Below, piece by piece: positions 55,812-64,000 of a stretch of DNA of 64,000 nucleotides; within the stretch, counting starts at the first letter, position 1, and the number at the start of each line of letters is the position of its first letter. The stretch covers positions 58,700 to 122,699 of the forward strand of contig CAVUEE010000009.1 of assembly GCA_963740465.1 (NCBI GenBank), written 5' to 3'. The position numbers were made by a program, and so were the translations under genes. A model generated the notes under the pieces. It saw only the letters and a list, made by a program, of their open reading frames with translations, did not search any database and was not told the origin of the DNA. This stretch comes from an uncultured Methanoregulaceae archaeon. Lineage in GTDB: Archaea > Halobacteriota > Methanomicrobia > Methanomicrobiales > Methanospirillaceae.

Positions 55812-57020
55812 GTGTACTCACCTGACACGACCAAGTATCTCATTCACCTTACCTTGCAGGCAGAGGGGGTGGTCGAGAAACCTGATGTAGTTGGGGCCAT
55901 CTTTGGCCAGACTGAAGGGTTGCTCGGCGAAGACCTCGATCTGCGAGATCTGCAACGAACTGGACGTGTAGGTCGAATAGACGTCCAGATCACTAGTAAG
56001 AAGGGCGAGACGAAGGGAGACATCTACATCTCGTCATCGCTCGATCGGGCCGAGACCGCCATCCTGGCGGCCTCGCTTGAGACCATCGACCGCGTGGGGC
56101 CGTGCGTCGCCCGCGTCGCGGTCGAATCCATCGAGGACATACGCGTCACGAAGCGGCGGCGGATCGTCGAGCGGGCGAAGGAGCTCCTGCTGGACCACTT
56201 CGACGAGGGGGCGATCGATAGTTACATCCTCCTCGACGAGGTGCGAGAGGCGATCCGGATCGAGAAGATCGAAGCGATCGGCGAAGACAAGGTCCCGGGC
56301 GGACCGAACGTCGTCGATTCGGACGCGATCATCATCGTGGAGGGGCGCGCCGACGTCATCAACCTCCTCAAGTACGGCATCAAGAATGCCGTTGCGGTTG
56401 AGGGGACGAATGTTCCCGAGACGATCGTCGACCTCTCGGACAAGAAGACTGCGACCGCGTTCCTGGACGGGGACCGTGGCGGCGAGCTGATCCTCCGCGA
56501 GCTCCTCCAGATCGCCGACATCGACTTCGTCGCGTTCTCTCCCCGGGGCAAGTCCGTCGAGGACATGTCCAGAAAGGAGATCATCAAGGCCCTCCGGAAC
56601 AAGATCCCGGTCGAGTACGTCCGCGAACGGTCCTATGCCGAGGAGGGCGAGCGCCGCTCGATCGCGAAGGTGCCGCCCGAGAACGGTGGCCCGGTACCGG
56701 TCGTCGAGCCTGCACCGTCGCCCGAGCCTGCGGCGAAGGAACCGTCCTCGCTCCGCGACCACCTGGAGCGGGTTTCAGGACGCACGGTAGCGCGGTTCCT
56801 CTCGGCAGACTTCTCGGTGCTCTCCGAGGTGCGGGCCGACGAGATAGAGCGTACCCTCGAAGGGATGAACGGCCAGATCGCCGGCGTCGTCGCGGACACG
56901 GCCGTCGACCAGCGCCTGCTCGACCGCCTTGTCGGGCGGGGCGTCGAGTTCGTTGCGGCACGGGATTTCTCGGGTGTGATCAAGCGGCCGCTCTCGGTCC
57001 GGTTGATGAAACTGCCCTAA
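55812..57020 (+). CDS. dnaG: Archaeal DnaG-type primase (TOPRIM domain, exosome-associated)
   Basis: GTG 55812; 402 aa with ..[21 protein letters not shown].. and the TOPRIM core ..[34 protein letters not shown].. Confidence 0.9.
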   Translation: MYSPDTTKYLIHLTLQAEGVVEKPDVVGAIFGQTEGLLGEDLDLRDLQRTGRVGRIDVQITSKKGETKGDIYISSSLDRAETAILAASLETIDRVGPCVARVAVESIEDIRVTKRRRIVERAKELLLDHFDEGAIDSYILLDEVREAIRIEKIEAIGEDKVPGGPNVVDSDAIIIVEGRADVINLLKYGIKNAVAVEGTNVPETIVDLSDKKTATAFLDGDRGGELILRELLQIADIDFVAFSPRGKSVEDMSRKEIIKALRNKIPVEYVRERSYAEEGERRSIAKVPPENGGPVPVVEPAPSPEPAAKEPSSLRDHLERVSGRTVARFLSADFSVLSEVRADEIERTLEGMNGQIAGVVADTAVDQRLLDRLVGRGVEFVAARDFSGVIKRPLSVRLMKLP

Positions 57021-57072
57021 AAACAATTATATATTTATAATAAGCCTTTCCATTTTGATCTACGGAGGGGGT

Positions 57073-57369
57073 ATGCACAAGGACGAGCTGATCATTCTGC
57101 ACCAGATGCTCTCGGAGATCAAGGAGTATTTCGAGGGCACAAGTCCCGAACTGCATTTCTCTCAGTATAACGCGCTCAGGATCACGCCGAAGCAGGTCCA
57201 CAAGAGCAAGCTCGAGCACAAGTACGCGATCTTCGTGCTCGGCTCGGAGATCGCGAACGCGATGCGGACCGTGGAGTTCTCGGCCTCGAACCGGATCTCG
57301 GCGAGGATGAAGGAGCTGGCCGAGAAGACTCTGAAGGAGATCGAGCTCCTCCAGCAGCAGCAGGAGTAG
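57073..57369 (+). CDS. UPF0058 family small protein (methanogen/archaeal conserved)
   Basis: The ATG at 57073 inside ORF 57055..57369 gives MHKDELIILHQMLSEIKEYFE..; 98 aa. An AT-rich TATA-like stretch lies at 57027-57045 upstream. Confidence 0.55.
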   Translation: MHKDELIILHQMLSEIKEYFEGTSPELHFSQYNALRITPKQVHKSKLEHKYAIFVLGSEIANAMRTVEFSASNRISARMKELAEKTLKEIELLQQQQE

Positions 57370-57378
57370 TCCGCCCTC

Positions 57379-57926
57379 ATGTCTTCCGACGTACCCGGTA
57401 TCGACGACGCCGTCGGCCCGCTGCTCGAAGTCCTCCGTGAAGCGCCTGATCCCGCTGTCCGTGCCTTTGCCGCGCTGACTCTCGCCCAGTGCGGCAGGCC
57501 CGTTGTCGTGCCAGCGCTGATCGTGACTCTGGCCGACCCTGATAAGGTGGTCCGCGCAGCAGCGGCCCGCGCCCTCTCCAGCTCTGGGACGGAGGCGGTT
57601 CCCGCCCTGATCGCGGCGCTCGATGCCCCGTCCTGGGTCGTGCGCTACCGCGCGGCCGAAGCCCTCGGCGAGATTCGCGACCCCCGTGTCGCCCCCGCGC
57701 TCGTCGCCCTGCTCGAGGACGAGAAGGACCACGTGCGATACATGGCCGCGAAGGGGCTCGGATCCGATCCCGCCCCGGTTGCAGTCGATGCGCTTCTCGC
57801 GCGCCTTGACGACGAGAACCCGTTCGTCCGGCGCATGGCGGCGCAGGCGCTCCGAAATGCCGCGACTCGTGCCTCGGCGGGCCGGACGCCGCGCGCATCG
57901 AGTCCGCGCTCGACACCTCGTTCTGA
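57379..57926 (+). pseudogene. HEAT-repeat (PBS-lyase HEAT-like) protein; probable frame break near the 3' end (~57870)
   Basis: Repeats of ..D.VR..AA.ALG....AVP.L...L.D... occur (four or more units). The in-frame tail turns into an Arg/Ser-rich run, whereas a shifted frame ends ..ARIESALDTSF* at 57926. Confidence 0.6.
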
Positions 57927-58704
57927 TCAGAGAGCCGCGAGCCGCCGCCAGTAGGCGTCGCAGTCGCCGGGGCAGAACCCGCCGATTCGGAGGTGGTCGG
58001 GGTCGAGCACCTCGAGGCCAGCGGCGACCTCCTCCTCCGTCGGGTCGACCAGGTAGACCGGGCGGGTTCCGTACTGGTCGATCTGGTCGGCGAGCTCGGC
58101 CACGCGCCATCCGGGGAGCGCAAACGCGCGCTGGTGGTCGAGCAGGATCGTCGATCGCTTCCTTGTCCGGGTCGGGGCAGTAGAAGAAACGTAAAGGGCG
58201 AGGCGAGATCCTCGAGCTCCTCGTCCAGGGGGGACGGGTGATCAGCACGTGGCCCGCGACGCCGGCGTCGCGCATCGTCCGCATCAGGTTGCCGCAGACG
58301 TCCCGGATTGCCGCCTCCGCCTCGGCCGCATCGCCGAAGTGACGATCGACGAGACCGAGCGCCGACGGTGCCGGCATCGCCGCGAACGGCGCCCGCACCT
58401 CCGCCGCGATCGCCCGGGCATCCATCACCAGGGCGTCGGACTCGGGGAACGGGGCCTCGCGGAGCACGCCGTCCCGCGTGCCGCCTATCGCCTCGCGCCA
58501 GCGGCCCCCGTAAAACAGACCGCCCGCCGCGACTGCCCCGATCCCGGCGGCCAGCTGGGGGCGAAGCGACTCGAGCAGGCGGAAGGTGGTCAGGTCGGCT
58601 TCGATCCCGGGCCGCTCACCCAGCTGCTCCGCAAGCCGCGATAGGGGCGGGATCGCGGCCTCTCCGCCGAATCCGCGCGTTTCGAGCCGTCGTCGTGTCG
58701 CCAT
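57927..58704 (-). pseudogene. Hypothetical protein, frame-disrupted (~58150-58240)
   Basis: The N-terminal 150 aa are in ORF 56980..58704 (MATRRRLETRGFGG..AIRDVCGNLMRTMRDAGVAGHVLI..). The plausible C-terminus ..LLDHQRAFALPGWRVAELADQIDQYGTRPVYLVDPTEEEVAAGLEVLDPDHLRIGGFCPGDCDAYWRRLAAL* ends at 57927, abutting the convergent HEAT gene stop. No family recognised. Confidence 0.35.
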
Positions 58705-58744
58705 CCGCCCGTACTATATATCCGATCGCTCTCAAAGACTCTGC

Positions 58745-60748
58745 ATGAGCGATGCGCCCCGGCTCGTCACCTGCGGACTCCCGTACACGAACGGCTCGTG
58801 CCACCTCGGCCACCTCCGCACGTACGTACCGGCGGACATGTACGTCCGTTATCGCCGTCACCGCGGCGAGGAGGTCGCCTTCGTCTGCGGCTCGGACAAC
58901 CACGGGACGCCGATCGTGGTCAGCGCCGAGGCCGAGGGGGTCAGTCCGGCCGAGCTCAGCCGACGATACCACGAGCACTTCGACAGCACCTTCCGCAGGA
59001 TGAGCGTCGCCTTCGACCACTTCGGCATGACCGACGGCGAGACGAACCACCGGCGGACGCAGGCGATCGTGCGGCGGCTCCAGGAGAACGGCCACGTCTA
59101 CGCCGAGCGGATCGAACAGAGCTACTGCCCGAGCTGCCGGCGGTTCCTGCCCGATCGCTACGTCAAGGGACTCTGCCCCCACTGCGGGGTCGAGGCCCGT
59201 GGCGACGAGTGCGACCAGGGTTGCGGCAAGCACCTCGAGCCCGGCGAGATCCGAAAGCCGGTCTGTACGGTCTGCGACACGCCGGCCGAGCTCCGCGAGC
59301 AGGAGCATTTCTTCTTCCGGCTCTCCTCGTTCGGACCGTTCCTGCTCGAGCACCTCGAGCACCTGAAGGGGACCGCGAACGCCCGCAACTATGCGCTCGG
59401 CTGGGTCCGCGACGGCCTCCGGGACTGGTGCATCACGCGCACGCTCGAATGGGGCGTCAAGTACCCGGGGCGCGACGACCTCGTGGTCTATGTCTGGGTC
59501 GACGCCCCGATCGGGTACATCGCGTTCACCGAGGAGTGGGCCGCCACGCACGGCAAAGACTGGCGGCGATACTGGTGCGGCGACGGAGAGATCATCCACT
59601 TCATCGGCGGGGACATCACCTACCACCACTGCATCTTCTGGCCGGCCCTGCTGAAGGGGGCCGGGTACGGCCTTCCGAGCGCGGTCGTCGCCTCGGGCAT
59701 GCTCAAGGTCGACGACCACAAGTTCTCGAAGTCGCGGGGATACGTGGTCTGGACGAACGAGGACTACCTCGACCTCGGGCTCCCGGCCGACTGCCTCCGG
59801 TACTACCTCCTCGCCTCCACGAGCCACACGCGCGAGCTGAACTTCTCCTGGCGCGCTTTCGCCGATCGGGTCAACAACGAGCTCGTCAACACCTTCGGCA
59901 ACTTCGTCCACCGGACCCTTCACTTCGCCCACACACAGTTCGGTGGAATCCCCGCCGTGACCGCGAGCGCGCCCGTCCTGGCTGTTATCGGGGAGACCCT
60001 CGCCGCGGTCGATGAGGCGATGACCGAATACGAGTTCAAGAACGCGGTCGACGGGGTGATGGCGCTCGCAGCCCACGGCAACAACCTGATCCAGGCGAAC
60101 GCCCCGTGGAAGCTCGTGAAGACGGATCCGGCGGCAGCCGAGCAGGTGATCGCGGACGCGCTCCAGCTCACGAAGGCGCTCGCCCTCCTGATCGACCCCG
60201 TGATGCCCGATACCGCGCAGCGCATCTGGCGCATGCTCGGGCAGCCCGGGGAGGTCGCGGACCACCGCCTCGACGAGAGTACGGTGCCCCTCGCCCCCGC
60301 GCTGCTCGCGCTCCCAACGCCGCTCTTCGCCCGGCTCGAGGAGAAGCGTGTGGCCGAACTCGAAGACCTGCTCGCCGCCCGCGTGGCCGAGGCCGAGCGG
60401 CGCGCGGCATGCGAAGCGGCGGTGCCGGACGCCCCGCTCACGATCGAGGAGTTCGGCCGCATGGAGCTCGTGGTCGGCCGTATCCTCCAGGCCGAGCCGA
60501 TCAAGAAGTCGAAGAAACTTCTCCGGCTCGTGGTCGATATCGGGAAGGAGGAGCGGCAGATCGTGAGCGGGATCGCCGGCTTCTATACGCCCGAAGAACT
60601 CGTCGGCCGGGACGTGGTCGTGATCGCGAACCTCGCCCCGGCCGTCCTCTTCGGGGTCGAGAGCCGCGGCATGATCCTTGCGGCGGGCGAGGAGGCCTCA
60701 CTGCTCGTGCCGCTCCGGCCGGTCGAGCCGGGGACCCGGATCCGGTAG
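58745..60748 (+). CDS. metG: Methionyl-tRNA synthetase with C-terminal tRNA-binding (EMAP/Trbp111-like) domain
   Basis: The ATG at 58745 inside ORF 58586..60748. Has ..LPYTNGSCHLGHL (HIGH-type), Zn knuckles CPSC..CPHC..C.QGC..C..C and KFSKSRG (KMSKS). The C-terminal ..GRILQAEPIKKSKKLLRLVVDIG.. is an OB-fold. Confidence 0.95.
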   Translation: MSDAPRLVTCGLPYTNGSCHLGHLRTYVPADMYVRYRRHRGEEVAFVCGSDNHGTPIVVSAEAEGVSPAELSRRYHEHFDSTFRRMSVAFDHFGMTDGETNHRRTQAIVRRLQENGHVYAERIEQSYCPSCRRFLPDRYVKGLCPHCGVEARGDECDQGCGKHLEPGEIRKPVCTVCDTPAELREQEHFFFRLSSFGPFLLEHLEHLKGTANARNYALGWVRDGLRDWCITRTLEWGVKYPGRDDLVVYVWVDAPIGYIAFTEEWAATHGKDWRRYWCGDGEIIHFIGGDITYHHCIFWPALLKGAGYGLPSAVVASGMLKVDDHKFSKSRGYVVWTNEDYLDLGLPADCLRYYLLASTSHTRELNFSWRAFADRVNNELVNTFGNFVHRTLHFAHTQFGGIPAVTASAPVLAVIGETLAAVDEAMTEYEFKNAVDGVMALAAHGNNLIQANAPWKLVKTDPAAAEQVIADALQLTKALALLIDPVMPDTAQRIWRMLGQPGEVADHRLDESTVPLAPALLALPTPLFARLEEKRVAELEDLLAARVAEAERRAACEAAVPDAPLTIEEFGRMELVVGRILQAEPIKKSKKLLRLVVDIGKEERQIVSGIAGFYTPEELVGRDVVVIANLAPAVLFGVESRGMILAAGEEASLLVPLRPVEPGTRIR

Positions 60749-60755
60749 AAGAGAA

Positions 60756-60830
60756 CGGGCCTGGGGGGATTCGAACCCCCGACGTCCGGGTTAGAAGCCC
60801 GGCGCTCTATCCTGGCTAAGCCACAGGCCC
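60756..60830 (-). tRNA. tRNA-Arg (TCT)
   Basis: The minus strand reads GGGCCTGTGGCTTAGCCAGGATAGAGCGCCGGGCTTCTAACCCGGACGTCGGGGGTTCGAATCCCCCCAGGCCCG. Anticodon loop CTTCTAA; acceptor GGGCCTG/CAGGCCC. Confidence 0.9.
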
Positions 60831-60889
60831 GCGGGAGATCTCTGTTCGACCGCGCGCCTAATCAAACCGTCGAATGGGAAAAAGGGGGA

Positions 60890-61282
60890 TCAACCGGCGT
60901 GGGCACATGAGCCCTTGACCACATCGACTTTCGTCGGCCCGAAGCTGTCGCGGGTGAAGACGCCCTTTATCGTCGACTCGGCGCAGTACCGGACCTGGAC
61001 TCGGACCGCGGTCCGCTCCCGCTCCTCGAAGTGGGAGCCGTGCGAGAACTCGATGATCCGCTTCATCGAGACCCCGATCGTGAGCACGTCGGCCATGATG
61101 CCGCGGTCCCCGGGCGAGAGGTCGTCGGGGTCCACGCTCGTCATGAAGACGTGGTCTCCCGGGCCGACCTTCGCGATCGTGATCACGTTGTGAGCCGACT
61201 GGACCTCGAGGGTCCGCGGCAGTCCCCGCTTGAGTTCCCGGAGGATCTCGGGGGAGATGCTGGTGAGTGCGGGTACCTCCAT
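60890..61282 (-). CDS. Conserved-looking hypothetical protein (~130 aa) downstream of the PAC2 gene
   Basis: ORF 60890..61291 (GTG 61291 overlaps the PAC2 stop by 4 nt; ATG at 61282). It reads MEVPALTSISPEILRELKRGLPRTLEVQSAHNVITIAKVGPGDHVFMTS.. No family recognised. Confidence 0.45.
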   Translation of the reverse strand: MEVPALTSISPEILRELKRGLPRTLEVQSAHNVITIAKVGPGDHVFMTSVDPDDLSPGDRGIMADVLTIGVSMKRIIEFSHGSHFEERERTAVRVQVRYCAESTIKGVFTRDSFGPTKVDVVKGSCAHAG

Positions 61283-61287
61283 CGCGA

Positions 61288-62016
61288 TCACCCGTACATC
61301 GGGAGGTTCTCGCGCTTCTGCGAGACCTCGGTCGACTGGACCTCCTCGGAGAGACGGTGCATGGTCGCCTCGATCTCCTCGGCCTGGTCGAGCAGCGGCT
61401 GCATGTCCACGTTCAGGCTGTACATCTTGTTCAGCACCTCGAGCGCGGCCGCCGCGGCCCGCGGGTCGGGAGCGTTCACGGTCTCACCGAGGAGGCCGAT
61501 CCCCGGGACTCCGCGGACCTTGCACTCGGTCAGGATCGAGGACGCGATCCCCGAGATCGAGCCGACCGGGAGGAACTGGGTCAGGTCCTTGATCCGCTCG
61601 AGGATATCCTCGGTCGTGGCCACGCCGAAGACCCGCTTCTCCGGCTCGTTCGTGACCACGCCGGCGAGGGCGACCACCTCCTTGGGGTGGAAGGGGTCGA
61701 GCCAGTCCATGATCCCGTTCGCGACCTCGTAGCAGATCATGGGATGGACCGGGATGTCGGCCACGATCGCGACGAGCGGGGGCTTCTCGTAGATCCGCAC
61801 GGGGACGTTCACCAGTCCCTTGGCCATCATCGCGAACGGCGGGAAGTATTTGCTCGTCATGGTCCCGATGAGCGGAAACTCGAGCTGGTCGACCATGTAC
61901 TGGAGCGCGATCGAGCCGACGAGGCCGCTGCCGGGGAAGCCCATCAGGACGGTCGGCGACTCGCCCGCCAGCGGCTTGGCCATGATCTTGATGTCGGTTG
62001 ACGTGTCGGGGGGCAT
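61288..62016 (-). CDS. Proteasome assembly chaperone (PAC2) family protein
   Basis: The ATG at 62016 inside ORF 61288..62070. Has ..PTVLMGFPGSGLVGSIALQYMVDQL.. and ..LPVGSISGIASSILTEC..GVPGIGLLGET.., typical of archaeal PAC2/ATP-grasp-like proteins. Confidence 0.7.
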   Translation of the reverse strand: MPPDTSTDIKIMAKPLAGESPTVLMGFPGSGLVGSIALQYMVDQLEFPLIGTMTSKYFPPFAMMAKGLVNVPVRIYEKPPLVAIVADIPVHPMICYEVANGIMDWLDPFHPKEVVALAGVVTNEPEKRVFGVATTEDILERIKDLTQFLPVGSISGIASSILTECKVRGVPGIGLLGETVNAPDPRAAAAALEVLNKMYSLNVDMQPLLDQAEEIEATMHRLSEEVQSTEVSQKRENLPMYG

Positions 62017-62050
62017 CAAGTTAACATAGAGTATCTCCCTAAAAAGTATT

Positions 62051-62371
62051 ATGGAAGAGTTCGAGGTCAAACGGGGATCGACTAAGGATCTTGCCAGCCG
62101 GATACCGATCGAACTTGCCCGCCACTTCGGGTCCGAGCCCGAGCCCGCCGGCGACGGCTACGCGGTCGCCTACGGCGCCATCCGCCGGCTCGTCGCGACC
62201 CCCGGCCCGGAGGGAAAGACGCTCCGGGTCGAGATCGAGACCGACACGTCCGTCGACGACGACGCCGTGATCCTGGACACGATCCGGAAGCGAAACGCAT
62301 TTCTGGAATCCGCGACCGGCTTCTCCTCGAAGGAGCGGGTCAAGCGGTCGAAAAAGAAGGCCGGGGCCTGA
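62051..62371 (+). CDS. Small hypothetical protein (106 aa), basic C-terminus
   Basis: ORF with ATG at 62051, MEEFEVKRGSTKDLASRIPIELARHFG.. ..SSKERVKRSKKKAGA. It is divergent from the PAC2 gene and convergent with leuS (its stop abuts the leuS stop). Confidence 0.45.
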   Translation: MEEFEVKRGSTKDLASRIPIELARHFGSEPEPAGDGYAVAYGAIRRLVATPGPEGKTLRVEIETDTSVDDDAVILDTIRKRNAFLESATGFSSKERVKRSKKKAGA

Positions 62372-64000
62372 TCACTCGATCGTGATCGCCGGCTTGAAGG
62401 GAAGAGCCATCGACGCCTTCGGGTGGGCCGACTCCTCCGCGCCAACGACCCGCACGGGCAGGCCAATGGCCCGCTCGAGGAACTCGCGGGCCCCGGCGAA
62501 GACCGCGGCCTCGTCGAGTTCGACCTGAAGGAGATTCTCGACGAGATCCGGCGGCAGGCGGTGAATCAGGGTCGTGCACTGCTTCGCCGCGTCGGCCGCC
62601 TCCTTTCCTCGCTGCCGCATACCCTCGTCCTGCATCACGAACCGGACGGCCGCGTTCCGGTCGTCGGCAGCGGCGATCGTCCGGAAGACGTCCCGTTTCC
62701 AGGAGGGGGCGACCGCGATCTCGATCGCGGACGGGGTGATCGGCAGCAGTTTCAGGATCGACTCCACGTCCTCGACCGTGCGGCTGAGGAGCTCTTCACC
62801 GAGCTCGAGCGCCGGACGGTCCCTCGCGGGGTCGGCCTCCGGCCAGGGCGCGAACGAGACCAGCCCCTCGTTGCCGAGCGCCTGCCAGAGGGTCTCGCAG
62901 GCGAACGGGATGAACGGAGCAAGGAGGCGGACCCAGACCGAGCAGAGCTCGCGGACTGCAGGTCCCCCCACGGCACCCGCGGGCTGGCGCCGCACGTACC
63001 ACCGGAGATCGGCCTCGACGCCGAAGAACGCCTCCTGCAGGGCCTGCCGCGTCTGGAAAGACTCGAGGGACGATGTCGCCTTCGCGGCGTGCCGCTGGAG
63101 CCGGCTGAGCAGCCAGTCGTCGACCATACCGGGCACGTCAGGAGCGGCGATCGCGTCCCGCACGGTCGCTTCGAACCGCTCGATCTGGCGACGGGTCGAG
63201 GCGACAAGCTCGTTTCGCCAGTCGAAGTCCTGCCAGGGCTCCGCCGAACCCATCAGGAACATCCGGACCGTGTCCGCACCGAACTCGGCCAGCGCGTCCT
63301 CGAGCAGGAAGACGTTGCCCTTGGACGACGACATCTTGGCCCCGTTCAGGAGACCCATGCCGAAGACGACCATCCCCTTCGGCTGGAGTTCGGGCGGGAA
63401 GATCGCCGCGTGGTGGAAGAGCTGGAAGGTCAGGTGGTTCGAGATCAGGTCCTTGGCCGAGAACCGGTAGTCGTACGGATACCAGGCGAGGAACTCCTCG
63501 CGGAGCGGGGCAAGCAATTCCCGACCAGGCAGATCCGTAGATTCGATCCCGAGGAAGAGGTAGTCGAACGCGGCCGGCGTGAGCAGGGCTCGGATCGAGC
63601 TCGCGGATCCTGTGCGCCACCGTGTAGTAGGCCATGTAGATGGTCGAGTCCGAGAGCGGCTCGATCAGCCAGGTCGGATCCCAGGGCAGATGCGTTCCCA
63701 GGCCGACGCGGCGGGTGGCGGCCCAGTCCTTGAGCCAGTCGATGGTCCGCTCGAACTCGGCGCGGACTTCGGGCGGGACGAGCGAGATATCGGGCAGGTA
63801 GGCCTTCACCTGGTCCTTCCACTCGGGATCGGAGTACGTCAGGAACCACTGGTCGTGGAGGATCTTGACGAAGACGCGGCTCGAACACCGGCAGACCACG
63901 GGCCGGGTGTCGAACTCGTACATCACGGTCGAACCGTGCTCGGCACAGAGGAACTCGCCCACCGCGTCCCGCGCCTCGCGGACGGTCGCGCCGCCGAGGC
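62372..64000 (-). pseudogene. leuS: Leucyl-tRNA synthetase (archaeal type), C-terminal ~540 aa; 5' part lies beyond the window; frame break near 63590
   Basis: ..GGATVREARDAVGEFLCAEHG..VVCRCSSRVFVKILHDQWFLTY.. is in the frame of ORF 63138..63962, open to nt 64000. ..YPYDYRFSAKDLISNHLTF..GAKMSSSKGNV (KMSKS).. is in ORF 62372..63517. Confidence 0.9.

Overview
This is a visibly high-GC (roughly mid-60s % by eye) euryarchaeal chromosome segment. The 16S/23S sequence and gene content point to a Methanomicrobiales methanogen (Methanoculleus/Methanofollis-like). It is mostly core housekeeping DNA. In order, it carries:
- a sugar-phosphate block (PFK, class I FBP aldolase, class I FBPase, FBP aldolase/phosphatase);
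- PriL, PCNA, RlmE, MoaA and AsnB;
- a secreted propeller lipoprotein, DUF2207 + LemA, a rhodanese lipoprotein and AglB;
- DedA, Sec61-beta, an amidohydrolase, Usp and a CBS protein;
- proteasome beta + aCPSF1 and an MFS transporter;
- one complete minus-strand rRNA operon (16S-tRNAAla-23S-tRNACys-5S, 25.7-30.7 kb) with processing stems and tandem promoters;
- a coiled-coil/smc/scpA operon;
- a tightly packed glyA-folD-folP-cofE-like-cbiA-TIM barrel cluster;
- tRNA-Thr, an acetate-channel family protein, PiT + DUF47 and Kup;
- a cell-surface block (cohesin-like protein, secreted SGNH hydrolase, 1019-aa PGF-CTERM S-layer glycoprotein);
- DnaG, UPF0058, a HEAT-repeat protein, MetRS, tRNA-Arg, a PAC2 chaperone and LeuRS (runs off the window).

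I see no CRISPR array, no intact mobile element and no recognisable defence system, and I cannot honestly claim a clear novel system.

The most striking property is technical or evolutionary. 23 otherwise conserved genes, including essential ones, are readable only by changing frame once or several times. I type these 'pseudogene' strictly as sequenced, but I think most are sequence errors.

The best biological leads are:
1. a shared, unrecognised C-terminal module (…KRY…RWYPxxRWxAG) on two unrelated secreted proteins;
2. a coiled-coil gene fused into the smc-scpA operon where no scpB is present;
3. a CofE-like ligase embedded in a folate/pterin operon;
4. a structured GC-rich non-coding segment after tRNA-Thr;
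5. a tRNA-like remnant in the low-GC trailer of the rRNA operon.

All family calls are by-eye motif recognition; no searches were run.
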